Positions 23,911 to 34,500 of a DNA stretch of 64,000 bases are shown here, piece by piece. The position numbers were made by a program, and so were the translations under genes. Source of the DNA: Phaeosaccion multiseriatum (taxonomy: Eukaryota > Protista > Ochrophyta, other classes). Below the pieces are notes generated by a model, which searched no databases, had not been told where the DNA came from, and saw only the letters and a program-made list of their open reading frames with translations. Positions within the stretch are counted from its first letter, which is position 1, and each line of letters begins with the position of its first letter. Where the stretch lies: the NCBI GenBank assembly GCA_965112735.1, contig OZ218962.1:1426001-1490000 (forward strand), read 5' to 3'.

Positions 23911-26198
23911 ATGCCAACCATCAATGACTTTCGGGTCCTCCAGCCCTTAGGCAGCGGGTGAGGGTGCAAGGCAGGGAGGAGAAGGGCGGCGTCTAAAGTA
24001 TTTTTTCTATTTTGCCGAGATTGCCAACTCTGTCATCGTCACCCCCTCGTCCCCTTTCTCTTCTCTCCTCCCACGCCTTAGGGCCTTTGCTACCGTCTTC
24101 AAGGTGCAGAGGAAGAGCGATGACAAGTTCTATGCTCTCAAGCGCGTGGGGATAAGTAAGATGAGCAAGAAAGAGGTTGCTGACACGGTACGTGAGGGTG
24201 GCCTTTTTCGGCCAGATTTGGGTCTGCTGCTCTGCACGCCTCAAGCCCCACCTATTCTCCTTGGGGAGGCTCTGTTTCGGTCAGATACTACTCTACTGCT
24301 CAGCAAGCCTAAAGCCCCGCCTCCCGCCCTTGTATCCCAGTTGAATGAGATCCGCCTTCTCGCCTCGCTCCGGCACCCCAATATCGTTGGCTTTCTCGAG
24401 GCCTTTTTAGACAACGGGGATACCGATCTCGTCACAGGTCAGAGAGGGGGAGGACAGGAAAGGACATTCGCCGCTTCGTGTCCCCCCTCTCTCCACTTCT
24501 CTTATCTTCTCCTCTCGGTTTCCGCTCGTCTGGTCAGTGTTGGAGTACTGCGGAAACGGCGACTTGACCGGGCAAATCGAGAAGGCCAAGAAAGCAAGGA
24601 AATGCATCGAGGAGAGGATAGTCTGGACATACGTCTTGCAAGCAGCCGATGCTCTTGCCACACTGCACGAACAGGGCATTATGCACAGAGACGTGAAGGC
24701 TGCAAATGTGTTCTTGTCCGAGGAGGGGGACATCAAACTCGGAGACATGAACGTCTCTAAGGTACGTGATACACTTGGAGCTGAACACAGTACGTGCTGT
24801 TTCTCAGTCTGTCTCTCTCCCCTTCATCTTTCTTTGACCCCTACTTTATCTAAGCACAGACAATGAAGGGTGGGCTGCTGAAGACGCAAATAGGTGAGAC
24901 ATGCTCTCGAGCTGTGCTTGTGTGCCCCCCCTGCTGATGAGCCGCTGCCCACCCACCCACCTTCCCACCCTCTCTCCATTACCCTTGTGAAGGCACACCC
25001 TACTACATGGCGCCAGAGATTTGGTCCAATCTCCCGGTAAGAAACGCATGGAGAAAGGGCGAGAGCCTCTGCAGTCCAAGGGCCTAATTTGTGCTTGTCA
25101 AATCCTTGTTTGTCTCCTCCCCCCCCCCCCGACACACATTCTCCAAAGTACGACTCCACAGGCGACATGTGGGCGCTTGGTTGCTTGGCGGTAAGGTTTG
25201 CGTCAATCTGCTTCTCACCTTGCTCCTCAGAACTCTAATACAAGTCCTCTCCGTTCCTCCGCGTCCTTGCGTGCGTTTCCTACCTCCTGCCTTCCTCTCC
25301 AGTATGAGCTGTGCGCTCTTCAGCCCCCCTTTCTCGCCAACAGCTTTCCTGCCTTGAAGAAAGCCGTCTTGGCAGGGAAGTTCCGACCACTACCGTCCAT
25401 GTACTCGTACGACATGTCCGTCATCGTGGGGCGGCTCCTCCGGGTAAATCCAAAGGAGCGGCCCACTGCCGCTCAGTTCCTGGCCCTCCCAGAAGTGCTC
25501 AAGCGCAGAGGGCAGCAGGTCGACGTCCCATCCCCCGCCAACCCAGCGCTAATGAAAACCATTCAGGTACGTTGGGTGCACGGGTGTCGTGGTTGGCAGT
25601 GTGCCTCTGCTACAACAGAGGAAGAAAGCTGATGAAATGAGTGGGTCGTAACGTGCTGCCTAACCAGGTCCCCCGCAAGCTGAGCTTAATCGGCGGCAAT
25701 CTCCCCAAAGCATGCTACCCGGATGCCAGACCGGATTCGCCTCATGCCTGGCCGGCGGCTGGAAACGAAGACTCACCACCACTGGTAGGAGCAGCAGCAG
25801 CAGCAGCGCCCTCGCGAAGAAGAAGCCAGCAAGCGGGGCGGAAACGGCACGCAGGACTGGAAAGTGTGGAAGAGAACCCTCCGCGGCAAAGGAGAGGCAG
25901 CGCTGCCCGCCAGGAAAGAAGGAGAAGCAGCGCTGCTGCTGCTGAAGTGGTCGCGAGGAGAGGGAGTGCAGACCGGGGGAGAGGCGTCACACCAGCGTAT
26001 AGAGAGGAAGGAAAGACGCCTGCCAAAACCCCGCCGACCACAGGAGGCGGCGATAAGGAAAATAAGGCAGGCTATTATGGGGTCAAGCAAAGTCGACAGA
26101 AGGAAGTGGGCAGTCCGCCGCAGCAACCGAAATTGGTTCCAATTCATGCGAATGGTGCGGACAAGGCAGACGCCAAGCGAAACTACTGGTGGGACTAG
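23911..26198 (+). CDS. NIMA-related kinase (NEK; CNK2/Nrk-like), multi-exon
   Basis: LGSGAFATVFKV, YALKRV, LNEIRLLASLRHPNIVGFLEAF, HRDVKAANVFL, KLGDMNVSK, TQIGTPYYMAPEIW, LMKTIQVP. Confidence 0.93.
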
Positions 26199-26458
26199 TA
26201 CGATACGGACGTGGTGGGGCGGGGGTGCCTTCGTGGCTGATGAGGCTTGGGCCCTGCGACGCTGCACAACAGCCGCATCCAGCTTCACTCGACTTCACGA
26301 CATGTCGTAAGACAACCAATGCCAACACAAAACGACACTAAAGGAAAGAGGATAGTGTCGAGCAACTCGTAGGTAGGGCCTCCCTCTGGTCAGCGAGTTT
26401 AATAAGTACATAAATTACATTGGTAAGCAAGGTGCGCGGCTCTACACTCGTTTTCTTT

Positions 26459-26622
26459 GCGGTAGCACGCTACTGGCGGCCGGCCGGCCGGCCGGTAGCA
26501 GGTAGTACGCCAGCGCGGTAGCAGGTAGCAGCTAGCTCACGCCGGCGGTGGCAGCTGATGGTTGGCCGGCCGGCCGGTAGCAAGTGAAGGTCGGTTGACG
26601 CCGGCGGTAGCAGTTAGCACGT
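26459..26622. repeat. GGTAGCA/GCCGGC-unit degenerate repeat, likely related to the CCCCTGA elements
   Basis: Repeated gccggcggtagcag and ggccggccggcc; parallels gccggcgatagcgg in the neighbouring element. Confidence 0.55.
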
Positions 26623-26641
26623 TGGCTGACGAATTTGTCGG

Positions 26642-26879
26642 CCCCTGACAAGGTTCTGAGGCGACCCAGGCCAGAAGCTGGAATCTACCGCCGTTTCAGC
26701 CGGCCAGAACCTGGAACCTGGCCCGCTGGCCAGTTCGGTGTTCACATTAGTACTACAAGGCTTGGTAGAGCAGCCTTGGCCCTCAGTATTGCCATATTAC
26801 ATGCCTTTCCGCCAGAATCCCCAGAACCTGGAACCTGACGCCGGCCGGAACCTGGGTCGCCTCAGAACCTTGTCAGGGG
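26642..26879. mobile_element. MITE-like element with perfect 29-bp TIRs
   Basis: CCCCTGACAAGGTTCTGAGGCGACCCAGG at 26642-26670 and its exact reverse complement at 26851-26879; internal CCAGAACCTGGAACCTG repeats; no credible coding capacity. Confidence 0.85.
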
Positions 26880-26884
26880 ATCGA

Positions 26885-27019
26885 CCCCTGACGCACTATC
26901 GCCCACATTCTCGATAGCGCGCTATCCGATAGCGGATAGCGGATCGGCTGGCGCCGGCGATAGCGGATAGCGTGCCGGCTGGCGCTGGCGATAGCGGATA
27001 GCGGATAGTGCATCAGGGG
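26885..27019. mobile_element. MITE-like CCCCTGA-family element with GATAGCG repeats
   Basis: TIR CCCCTGACGCACTATC / GATAGTGCATCAGGGG (15/16); flanks TCGA and TGGA. Confidence 0.75.
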
Positions 27020-27160
27020 TGGAAGAGGGGGGAGGGCCGATTATTGAGAAAATTGGGTGGTTTGATTTTTAGGGAGACCCAACACCTCTTAAGTGGGTTT
27101 AGTGTTGTTGACTTACTCCTTCCCACCCCCTTCCTCCCATAAGGAGGGAAAGCGGGAAGG

Positions 27161-28401
27161 ATGGCATTAGAATTGCGGCTCGGAGATTTAATTTTTATGG
27201 ACAAGGAGACTGCGCATCCTGAGGACGTCAAGTTCGGCCACATCGTGGTGAGTGGGGGGGAGTTGGAGCCATGACAAAGGAGCAACGATTTTCATCGCCC
27301 TCTCCATCTTTTTCTCTCTCCGGTTCCCTCTCCTTTGGGCAGACGATTACGACGCCCAAGGAGCAGAAGCAGCAGGGGGATAATGCGGAGGAGGACAAGG
27401 GGGAGGAGAAGGAGGAGGAGCCGAATACACGGGAAGTCATGCGCTACTCCATGGAAGCCGCTCTCTATGCCCGGAGTCGAGTAAGTTATACAACACCAGG
27501 ATTGTTACAAGGCGATTTGTCCAAGACACTAATGTGGTGCCCCCCCTTCCCTTCCCTACAGCAGCAGGAGCAGTCCTCTTCGAAGAAGCTGGAGGATTTG
27601 TGGGCGTATTGCAGGAGGAGACGGCCGGACTTTGCCACACGCTACGCAGTGTACAGACACTTTCGGAACAAAGGGTGAGAGCCGAGTATCATTTTCTGGT
27701 GTGTAAGAAGATGGCGCCAACCCCTTCTCTCTCTCTCCCCAGCTACAATGTGCAGTCGGGGCTTCTCTATGGTTCCCACTTTGTGCTGTACGAGGGCACC
27801 GCGGCAGAGTACCACTCTCGCTTTTGCGTCTTCATCTGCTTTTCCACGACGCCTCCCCCGTCCTGGCACCACCTGCAGACTCTGACCCGCCTTATGCCGG
27901 TGAGTGGTAAAAGAAGGGAAAATAGAGCACCTCCTTTCCACGCAATGCCCCGTCTTTCTCCCTCTTACCACAGAACCCCCACACCCGTTGCAGTCCGTGT
28001 GCAAATCGTTGCTGGTATGCAGCGTGGAATGGGCAGCGGGCGCAGGCGACCAAGAGTGTGCGAGGTTTGATCAGCTGTCCCAGGCGACAGTACTGGAGCT
28101 TCGGGTGGCGTCCATGCGTTTCAAGCACATGGATGCTATGGGCACTCCAATGGGCCCGTCAGCCCTGGTCGGGAACTCAAAGGTCGGCCTCAAGCCACGG
28201 GCGGAGAAGTCCTTAAAGAAGAGGAAGAGGGGCAGTCCCGCCGTGGTGGAGGCGGCTGCTCCTGTTCCTGCGGCAACGGCCACGGCCGTGGCCACGGCTC
28301 CTTCGGCGGTCTTGAGGGGAGAAGCGCTGGTCGAGGGAGGAGAGGGCTGCACAGAGCGTGACGGGGGTGAAACGAGCCACAAGCCAATGCAAGAGGGGTG
28401 A
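27161..28401 (+). CDS. TSEN2: tRNA-splicing endonuclease catalytic subunit Sen2-like
   Basis: MEAALY, FATRYAVYRHFRNKG/YNVQSGLLYGSHFVLY (Tyr), YHS (His), SWHHLQTLTRL/SVCKSLLVC (Lys). Confidence 0.82.
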
Positions 28402-28982
28402 GGAGTATATTTATCTCTTACGCCGTCGCTGCTGCGGGGAGGGAACGTTGCTCGTGTCCATACATCGTGCCGCTGACATGAGGTGTGGAACGTCAACCCC
28501 GTCCCATGACCCATTTGGCACCCCACGAGCCCACGTGACTGTCCATCTCACGAGGGTAGAAGCGAAGGCCCCCCTGGAGTCCCTGTCGACACAGAGTAAT
28601 GCCGTATGCCGCGCTCTACTCCAATGGTGAGAGGCCAAGGGTGATGGAACCAATTACGGTCAGTGCAGTGAGGATGGGGCAACGGACAAGCAGCCGACGT
28701 ATAGGCCCCCGTGCTCGCGAGACGGCCGCGTCTGACGCGCCTGTCCGCTTGGGAAGGGCGCCCCAAACCAACCTATGTACATACGTGTATTCTCGTAAGA
28801 TACTTGCCACGGCAGTCAGTGTCACTTGTACTTGATGATTTTGGCTGGATGGGTCTCGTCGAGGATCTCCTTCCTGAACGTAGAATATCAGTCAGTCCAC
28901 AAGCGCAACGAGAGGCACTCTTAGGAGGGGGGGAGTGGCACTCTTTCACGATTCCCCGAGGACCCCGAAGAAAAACACCAAC

Positions 28983-29768
28983 TTACTTGCAAAAGTAGTA
29001 ATGCTTTCCTCCCTTGGCCCCGCACGGCTCGCACTTTTCCGGCGCTCTATACCGCCGACCAGGGTTCATCTTGTATCCCGGGGCGAGGCAAAAGGCCAGC
29101 GCTCCCCAGTTGTTCTCGTGGTCTGGGTCGGCCCCCGCCCGCTCCAGCAGATTGGCAATGACAGTGTTGTGAGCTCGAACTGCCATGTGCAGAGGCGTAT
29201 CCCCGATGCGATCCCGTGCGTGCAGGTCGACGCCCAAGCCCACGAGGAACTTTACCATCTGTACAGAGCCGGACATGGCTGCGTAGTGCAGTGCGGTGCG
29301 GCCGTCCGAGTCTGCTGCATTCGGGTCCGCCCCTCCATGAACAAGAACCATAGCCACGTCAAAGAACCCGTTCTTCGCTGCGACATGCAGGGGCCTCTTG
29401 CCAATGTAGTCCTCGCTATTGGTGTTGGCCTTGTGCTCCATAAGAAGAGCGACGAGTTCCGGCTCTTCCTTGCCATCGCACGCGTAGTGGATTGGTCGCC
29501 ACATGCCCCCCCCCCTAGCGTCCACCTTGGCGCCTGCCTCGAGCAGCAGCTCAACCACTGAGGCTTTGTGGAATCGACACGCCTCGTGCAGCAGCGAGCA
29601 TCTGTAGCAAGGAAGAGAGGTTGAGCGATTGGGAGGCACCAGATTCTTGATCACAACTCCTCACCTGTACTGCCCCCCTTTCTTCTGGATATCTCCTCCA
29701 TCGTCGACATAGCGCTGAACTGCGGCCAGGTCCCCCTCCTGTACCAGCCTATGAATTGACCAAGGCAT
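28983..29768 (-). CDS. Ankyrin-repeat protein (2 exons)
   Basis: Repeats LLHEAC, RPIHYAC, KRPLHVAA, GRTALHYAA, GDTPLHMAV. Confidence 0.9.
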
Positions 29769-29896
29769 TGGAAGCTTCTTCTTTCTCTCTCCTTGTGTGT
29801 GATGAAACTGTGAAGTGCACGCATTGGTGGTCCATTCTACGTTCACAGGGGCCGCCCCAGGGCCATTATATATCGCTGTATATACGAGTTGCAGCA

Positions 29897-31493
29897 ATGG
29901 ATTATGGCGATTCCTCGGACGAGGAGGGGGAGACAAAGGCAAGTTGGGAGGCCGTAGGGAAATGGTGCCCTTCGCGCGTCGCGTGAGTTACAGGAGCAGC
30001 AGCAGCAGCAGCAGCAGCTCGCCCAACCACTAACTCTGCCCTGCCCCTCTCTGCCTCCTTGCTCCTTGTGCACCCCGCAGGTGCGCGTGAGATTTGTGAC
30101 GAAGATCCCAGCCATCCGAGTCACCACGACCCCTATCGCCGTGCCCGTGTCATTGGGGCGCTATGGCCTCTCCGAAGTGGTCAATCACTTGCTGGGGCAG
30201 GCCGACACCCCGACGCCCTTTGACATCCTCATCAACAACATCTTCTTGCGGTCTTCCCTGCAAGCATACATGGAACGCCATGTTGTAAGCGGTGAGACTG
30301 TGATCGATTTGGAATATCTGCCCGCCTTGCGTCAGCCCACGGAGGAGGAGCAGGACGAGCAGCCGGACTGGGTGAGCTCCATCGCTTGCCTGTGGGGCAG
30401 ATGCTTCGTCTCAGGCTGCTACGACGGCAGTCTGCGCGTCCACAACGCCGCATGTGCTGTGACGGAATCAGTGGTGGCACACGCCCAGCCCATCAACGTG
30501 GTGGCCACATCGACGACTCAGGTACTTGTTTTATTCTAGCTGTTCCCGAACATGTTTCTTCTCCGTTGTCCCTCTCTTCTCCATCCTGTCAGTGGTTGTT
30601 ATATGTTTAACCCTTTGTTCATTCTCTACTGTCTCCCTCCTTCTGCTGCTGCTGTGTACTAGCCTGCTGGTGATGGCGGGCCCGTGCTGTGCGTGACTGG
30701 CAGTCAGGACAAGACTGCACGGCTATGGTCTTTGAAAGCGGAGGGCGGCTCTCTCGAGGCGGTGAGCACGCTCGTAGGCCACAACAACAGTGTGACAGCA
30801 GTGGCGTTTTGGGGGGATGGGAGTGGCACTCAAGCCCTCACCGCAGACTGGGATGGGCACGTGTCTGTGTGGGCCGGGCCGGGAGCAGAGCAGCGGGGGA
30901 AGAGCAGCAGCAGCGCAAAGCGGAGGAAAGGGGCGGCAGGAGAAGCCTTAAAGGAGGAGCAGGAGCAGCAGCAGGCGATTACCTCTTTCAAGGCGCATAC
31001 ACAGGGAGTGTCGGGCTTTGCGCCGGCGGGGGACGGGAAAGTGTACACGGCCTCGTGGGACCACAGTGTAAAGATGTGGGATATGGAGAGGCAAGACACG
31101 ATTCACACCGTCAACACTTCGAAAGTAGTCACATGTATAGCTTCCAACACCAGCAGCACAGGAGCTGCGGTGGCGACTGGTCACCCAGATGGGCGCGTGC
31201 GCTTGTGGGACACTCGGGCAGCTGCGCTCTCAGCCGCCAAGGCTTCCCTTAAGTCCCACAAGCAGTGGATCAGCGCCGTCCAGTGGGTGTCCGACAGCGA
31301 GACGCTGCTTGTGAGCGGCTCTTACGATGGCTCCATCAAGCTGTGGGACGCTCGGAGCAGCGCCATCCCTCTGCACACCTTGGCGGCACACAAAGATAAG
31401 GCGCTGTGCCTGGGCTGGCAGGACGGGCGCATCCTGAGTGGGGGGGCGGACGGCATGATCAAGACGTTCAAGCTTCTCGACAGCCACTCGTAG
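29897..31493 (+). CDS. WDR12: Ribosome biogenesis protein WDR12/Ytm1 (NLE domain + WD40), 3 exons
   Basis: VRVRFVTK...PIAVPVSLGRYGLSEVVNHLL...PFDILINNIFLRSSL, PDWVSSI, SGCYDG, SWDHSVKMWD, VSGSYDGSIKLWDARS. Confidence 0.94.
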
Positions 31494-31579
31494 CAACTCG
31501 TAGCAACAGGAAAGTGTGTACATATTGATTGATTTATCATACATTCCCTCTCTATCTGACGCCGTAATGGGTTACACGC

Positions 31580-34500
31580 TTAGTCATGCCTCCGTCTATC
31601 GGTGGCGCGCTTGATGTGAACGAGCATGGCCAGGAGTGTGTCTGGATCCCCTGCCAGCACGTCGGCTTCTTCCGCCAAGCAAGTCCTTGGCAACCACTTG
31701 AGCTCAACGAAAGCGTTCAGCATCCGCCTGACGTTCTGGCACGCCTGAGGCAACCAAAGACAAGACAAGACGGGGACGCGGGGGGGGTTCAGGCAATCGC
31801 TGATAGCGGGGGGGGTTCACGCACTCACTCACCTGTGCCGCGGACGTTACTTTGTAAGTGACTCCGTGAGGGACCCCTCTTCCACGCCTGTGTTGATTGG
31901 CAAAGGCCACAAAGTGTTGAGGAACGGGGGGGGGGGGGGGGATACACACTGAGTCAGCCACAGTCAACGTTTCCGCCAGGCACGTATTACTACTTGCTCG
32001 CATAACCAAACGACTCACGTTAACGCGTCCATCAGCGAGGCGAGGTAAACTCCATCCGACAGCTCCGCGGCAGGTCCGTGGGCTGTTCTCAGGCTGTCGG
32101 CATCCTTCAAGGGAAGCTTGAGGGAGAGAAGCCAGTCTGCGATCATCCGCACTTGTTGCTGCTGCCTTTCGCTCTGGTTCTGCTTCTGGTTGTGACGAAG
32201 AAGACACTTCGGGGCTTCTACTGCTACCGCTGGTGCTATTGCTGTTGCCGGTGGTGACGAAGGGGATTGAGGATTTGGGACATCATCTGTTTCCGCACAG
32301 GGCCCCTCGACGCCCACCAACGCACTCGTCCGACCGGGAGCTGCAGCGTGTGAGGAAGAAGCCTCGGGCCCCTCCGTACCAATACGGGTCCTCGTCTGGG
32401 GTGCTGACCCTCCCGGTGGCACTTGCCCGAGCCCACCTCTTGACGAGCTTGACCACCACTCCAAGCCCTTGCCAGCTCCGGAGGCTGGCCCCAGGACTGT
32501 GCCCTCCCTCCCCCTCGCCCTCTCGCGGCTCCTCTGCGCCACCTCCTCGCACTCATCCTGGTGCTCCTCCTCCCCCCCTTGGTCGCCCTCCAAGCCTGCT
32601 CTGTACCAGTCCTCCAGTCCCAGCACCTCCTCCCCTCCGCCCGCCGCCGTCGTCAGGAGCGCCAAGGTGCTCGCTCTCAGGCGCTCGCTCGCACAGCCAC
32701 CCATGCCCATGCCATTGCTGCTGATGCTGCTGCTACTGGTGCTGCTACTGCTGCTACTACTGCGGCTGATGCTACGGCTCCTTCTCCTGCTGCTCCTGCT
32801 GGTGCGGCTGCTATGGGACGTTGAGGGCCCAATACGTGGCGGCGAAGGCGCCAATTCACACTCTAACAAGTCCCCGTCCGGCCCCCCGCCTCGTCGGAGG
32901 CCGACCCCACTGGCGGCGCTTGTGCTCGGGCTCACTGTGCATGCCCAAGAAGGGGGACCGGGCCAGCCAGGGCTCTCGCCGGCCGCAATCTCTCGCAGCG
33001 GCGGAATGTGCTTCTTCGCGCCCCCTTCGAGTAGGGGCCCTCGTGCGACTCTTTGCTCGCGCTCTTGCCTCTCGGCAGCCATGCACGCGGCTTGTCGCTG
33101 GAGCTCTTGCTTCAGCTCTCCCCACTGCTGCTGCAGGGTCTGGCCTACCGCAGGCCTATCGTCAAGCAGGGGCCCCTGCTGTTGCTGCCCCTGCTGCCCC
33201 TCTGTAGTGTGGCATGGCTGACTGTCCTCCTCTGCCAAGCCTCCTCCTCCTCCTCCTCCTGCTCCTCCTCCTCCTCCTCCTCCTCCTCCTCCTCCTCCTC
33301 CTCCTCTTCTTCTTCTTCCTCTTCTTCTTCCGCCTCCTTCTCCTCGCTCTCCTCCTCCTCCTCCTCCTTCTTCTTCTTCTTCTTCTACTTCTTCTTTTCC
33401 TCCTCCTCCTCCTCCTCCTCCTCCTGCCCCTGCTCCACCTCCTGCTCCTCCTCTTTCTCTTCCTCCTCCCCCCCCTTCCTTTCCTCCGCCTCCTTCGCCG
33501 CAGTCTTCGGAGATGAATCGAGACGGGTCCAAGTCCGCCTTAAGCTCCTCGCCTCCGCCACCCCCTCGCAGGCCAGGGCAAAACCCTCGTCTTAAGTCAG
33601 TCCTCGCAGCTTCTTGCCTTCGCGGGTCTCTCTCGCCTCGAAAAGGAGCAGGAGCAGCAGCAGCAGCAGCAGCAGGAGCAGCAGCAGCAGGAGGAGGAGG
33701 AGAAGGAGGAGCTACGACGGTAGCAGCGGTACTAGCAACCCGTGAAACAGCCGGACGAGTAGCCTGTACAAGGAGTGGCCCACAAGGGGCCGCCGCGACT
33801 TGGCCGAGGTAGGGCTTTAGCCTACCGCTGCCACTGCCGCTGCTGCCGCTGCGGTCATTCTTCCAAGCACGGAGTGAAAAGAGAGGCAAGCACAGAGCGT
33901 CAACAGCGCAACACGGGGGGAAGAAACAAGAGCCACCAACAAGGCACTCACTCACCAGCGGCGGCATTCCATCGTAGGCGCGGCGCATGTCCTCAAGCAG
34001 CGCGAGCAGAAGTGTCCAATCGCCGTTCACGAGGGCTTTCTGGACGTGCTCGGGAGGTGCGAGATGCCTCCGGCCCATGTAGGGACACTCCCACAAGCGC
34101 TTGTGTGCCTTTCGCACATTGGCCAGGGCCACCGCCGGCGTCTTTGGTCTGGGCATCCAGCCAAGCACGGGATGTGCCGTCACCGCGCCGGCCAGTGCAC
34201 ACAAAAGCGATCCCTCAAAGAAGAACTCGGCGAGGTCAAAGAGGCAGCGCAGGGGGACGTCCGCTCCGACGAAGCCGTCGAGCAGGCCGGGAATGCTCCT
34301 TAGCCACGTAAGGAGCGATTCTTGAAGCTGAGCGCGCTCTGGGGGGCTGTATTGCCGCAAGAGAATGTTCCCGGAGGTCCTCTTGTCGCCGTCAGCATCT
34401 TCCCCCAACCTCGACTCTGCTCCAGTTGAACCGGTGCACAAGGCGTCCTTGGAGGGGAAGAGGTGCATGAGGTGCCATAAAAGACCCCACACGGCGTCGT

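Noticed and set aside
26885-27019. CRISPR-like or tRNA interpretation of the repeats
   Set aside because: No constant repeat-spacer periodicity, no cas genes, no cloverleaf; eukaryotic context
28411-28998. Short ORFs between TSEN2 and the ankyrin gene
   Set aside because: No motifs or splice support
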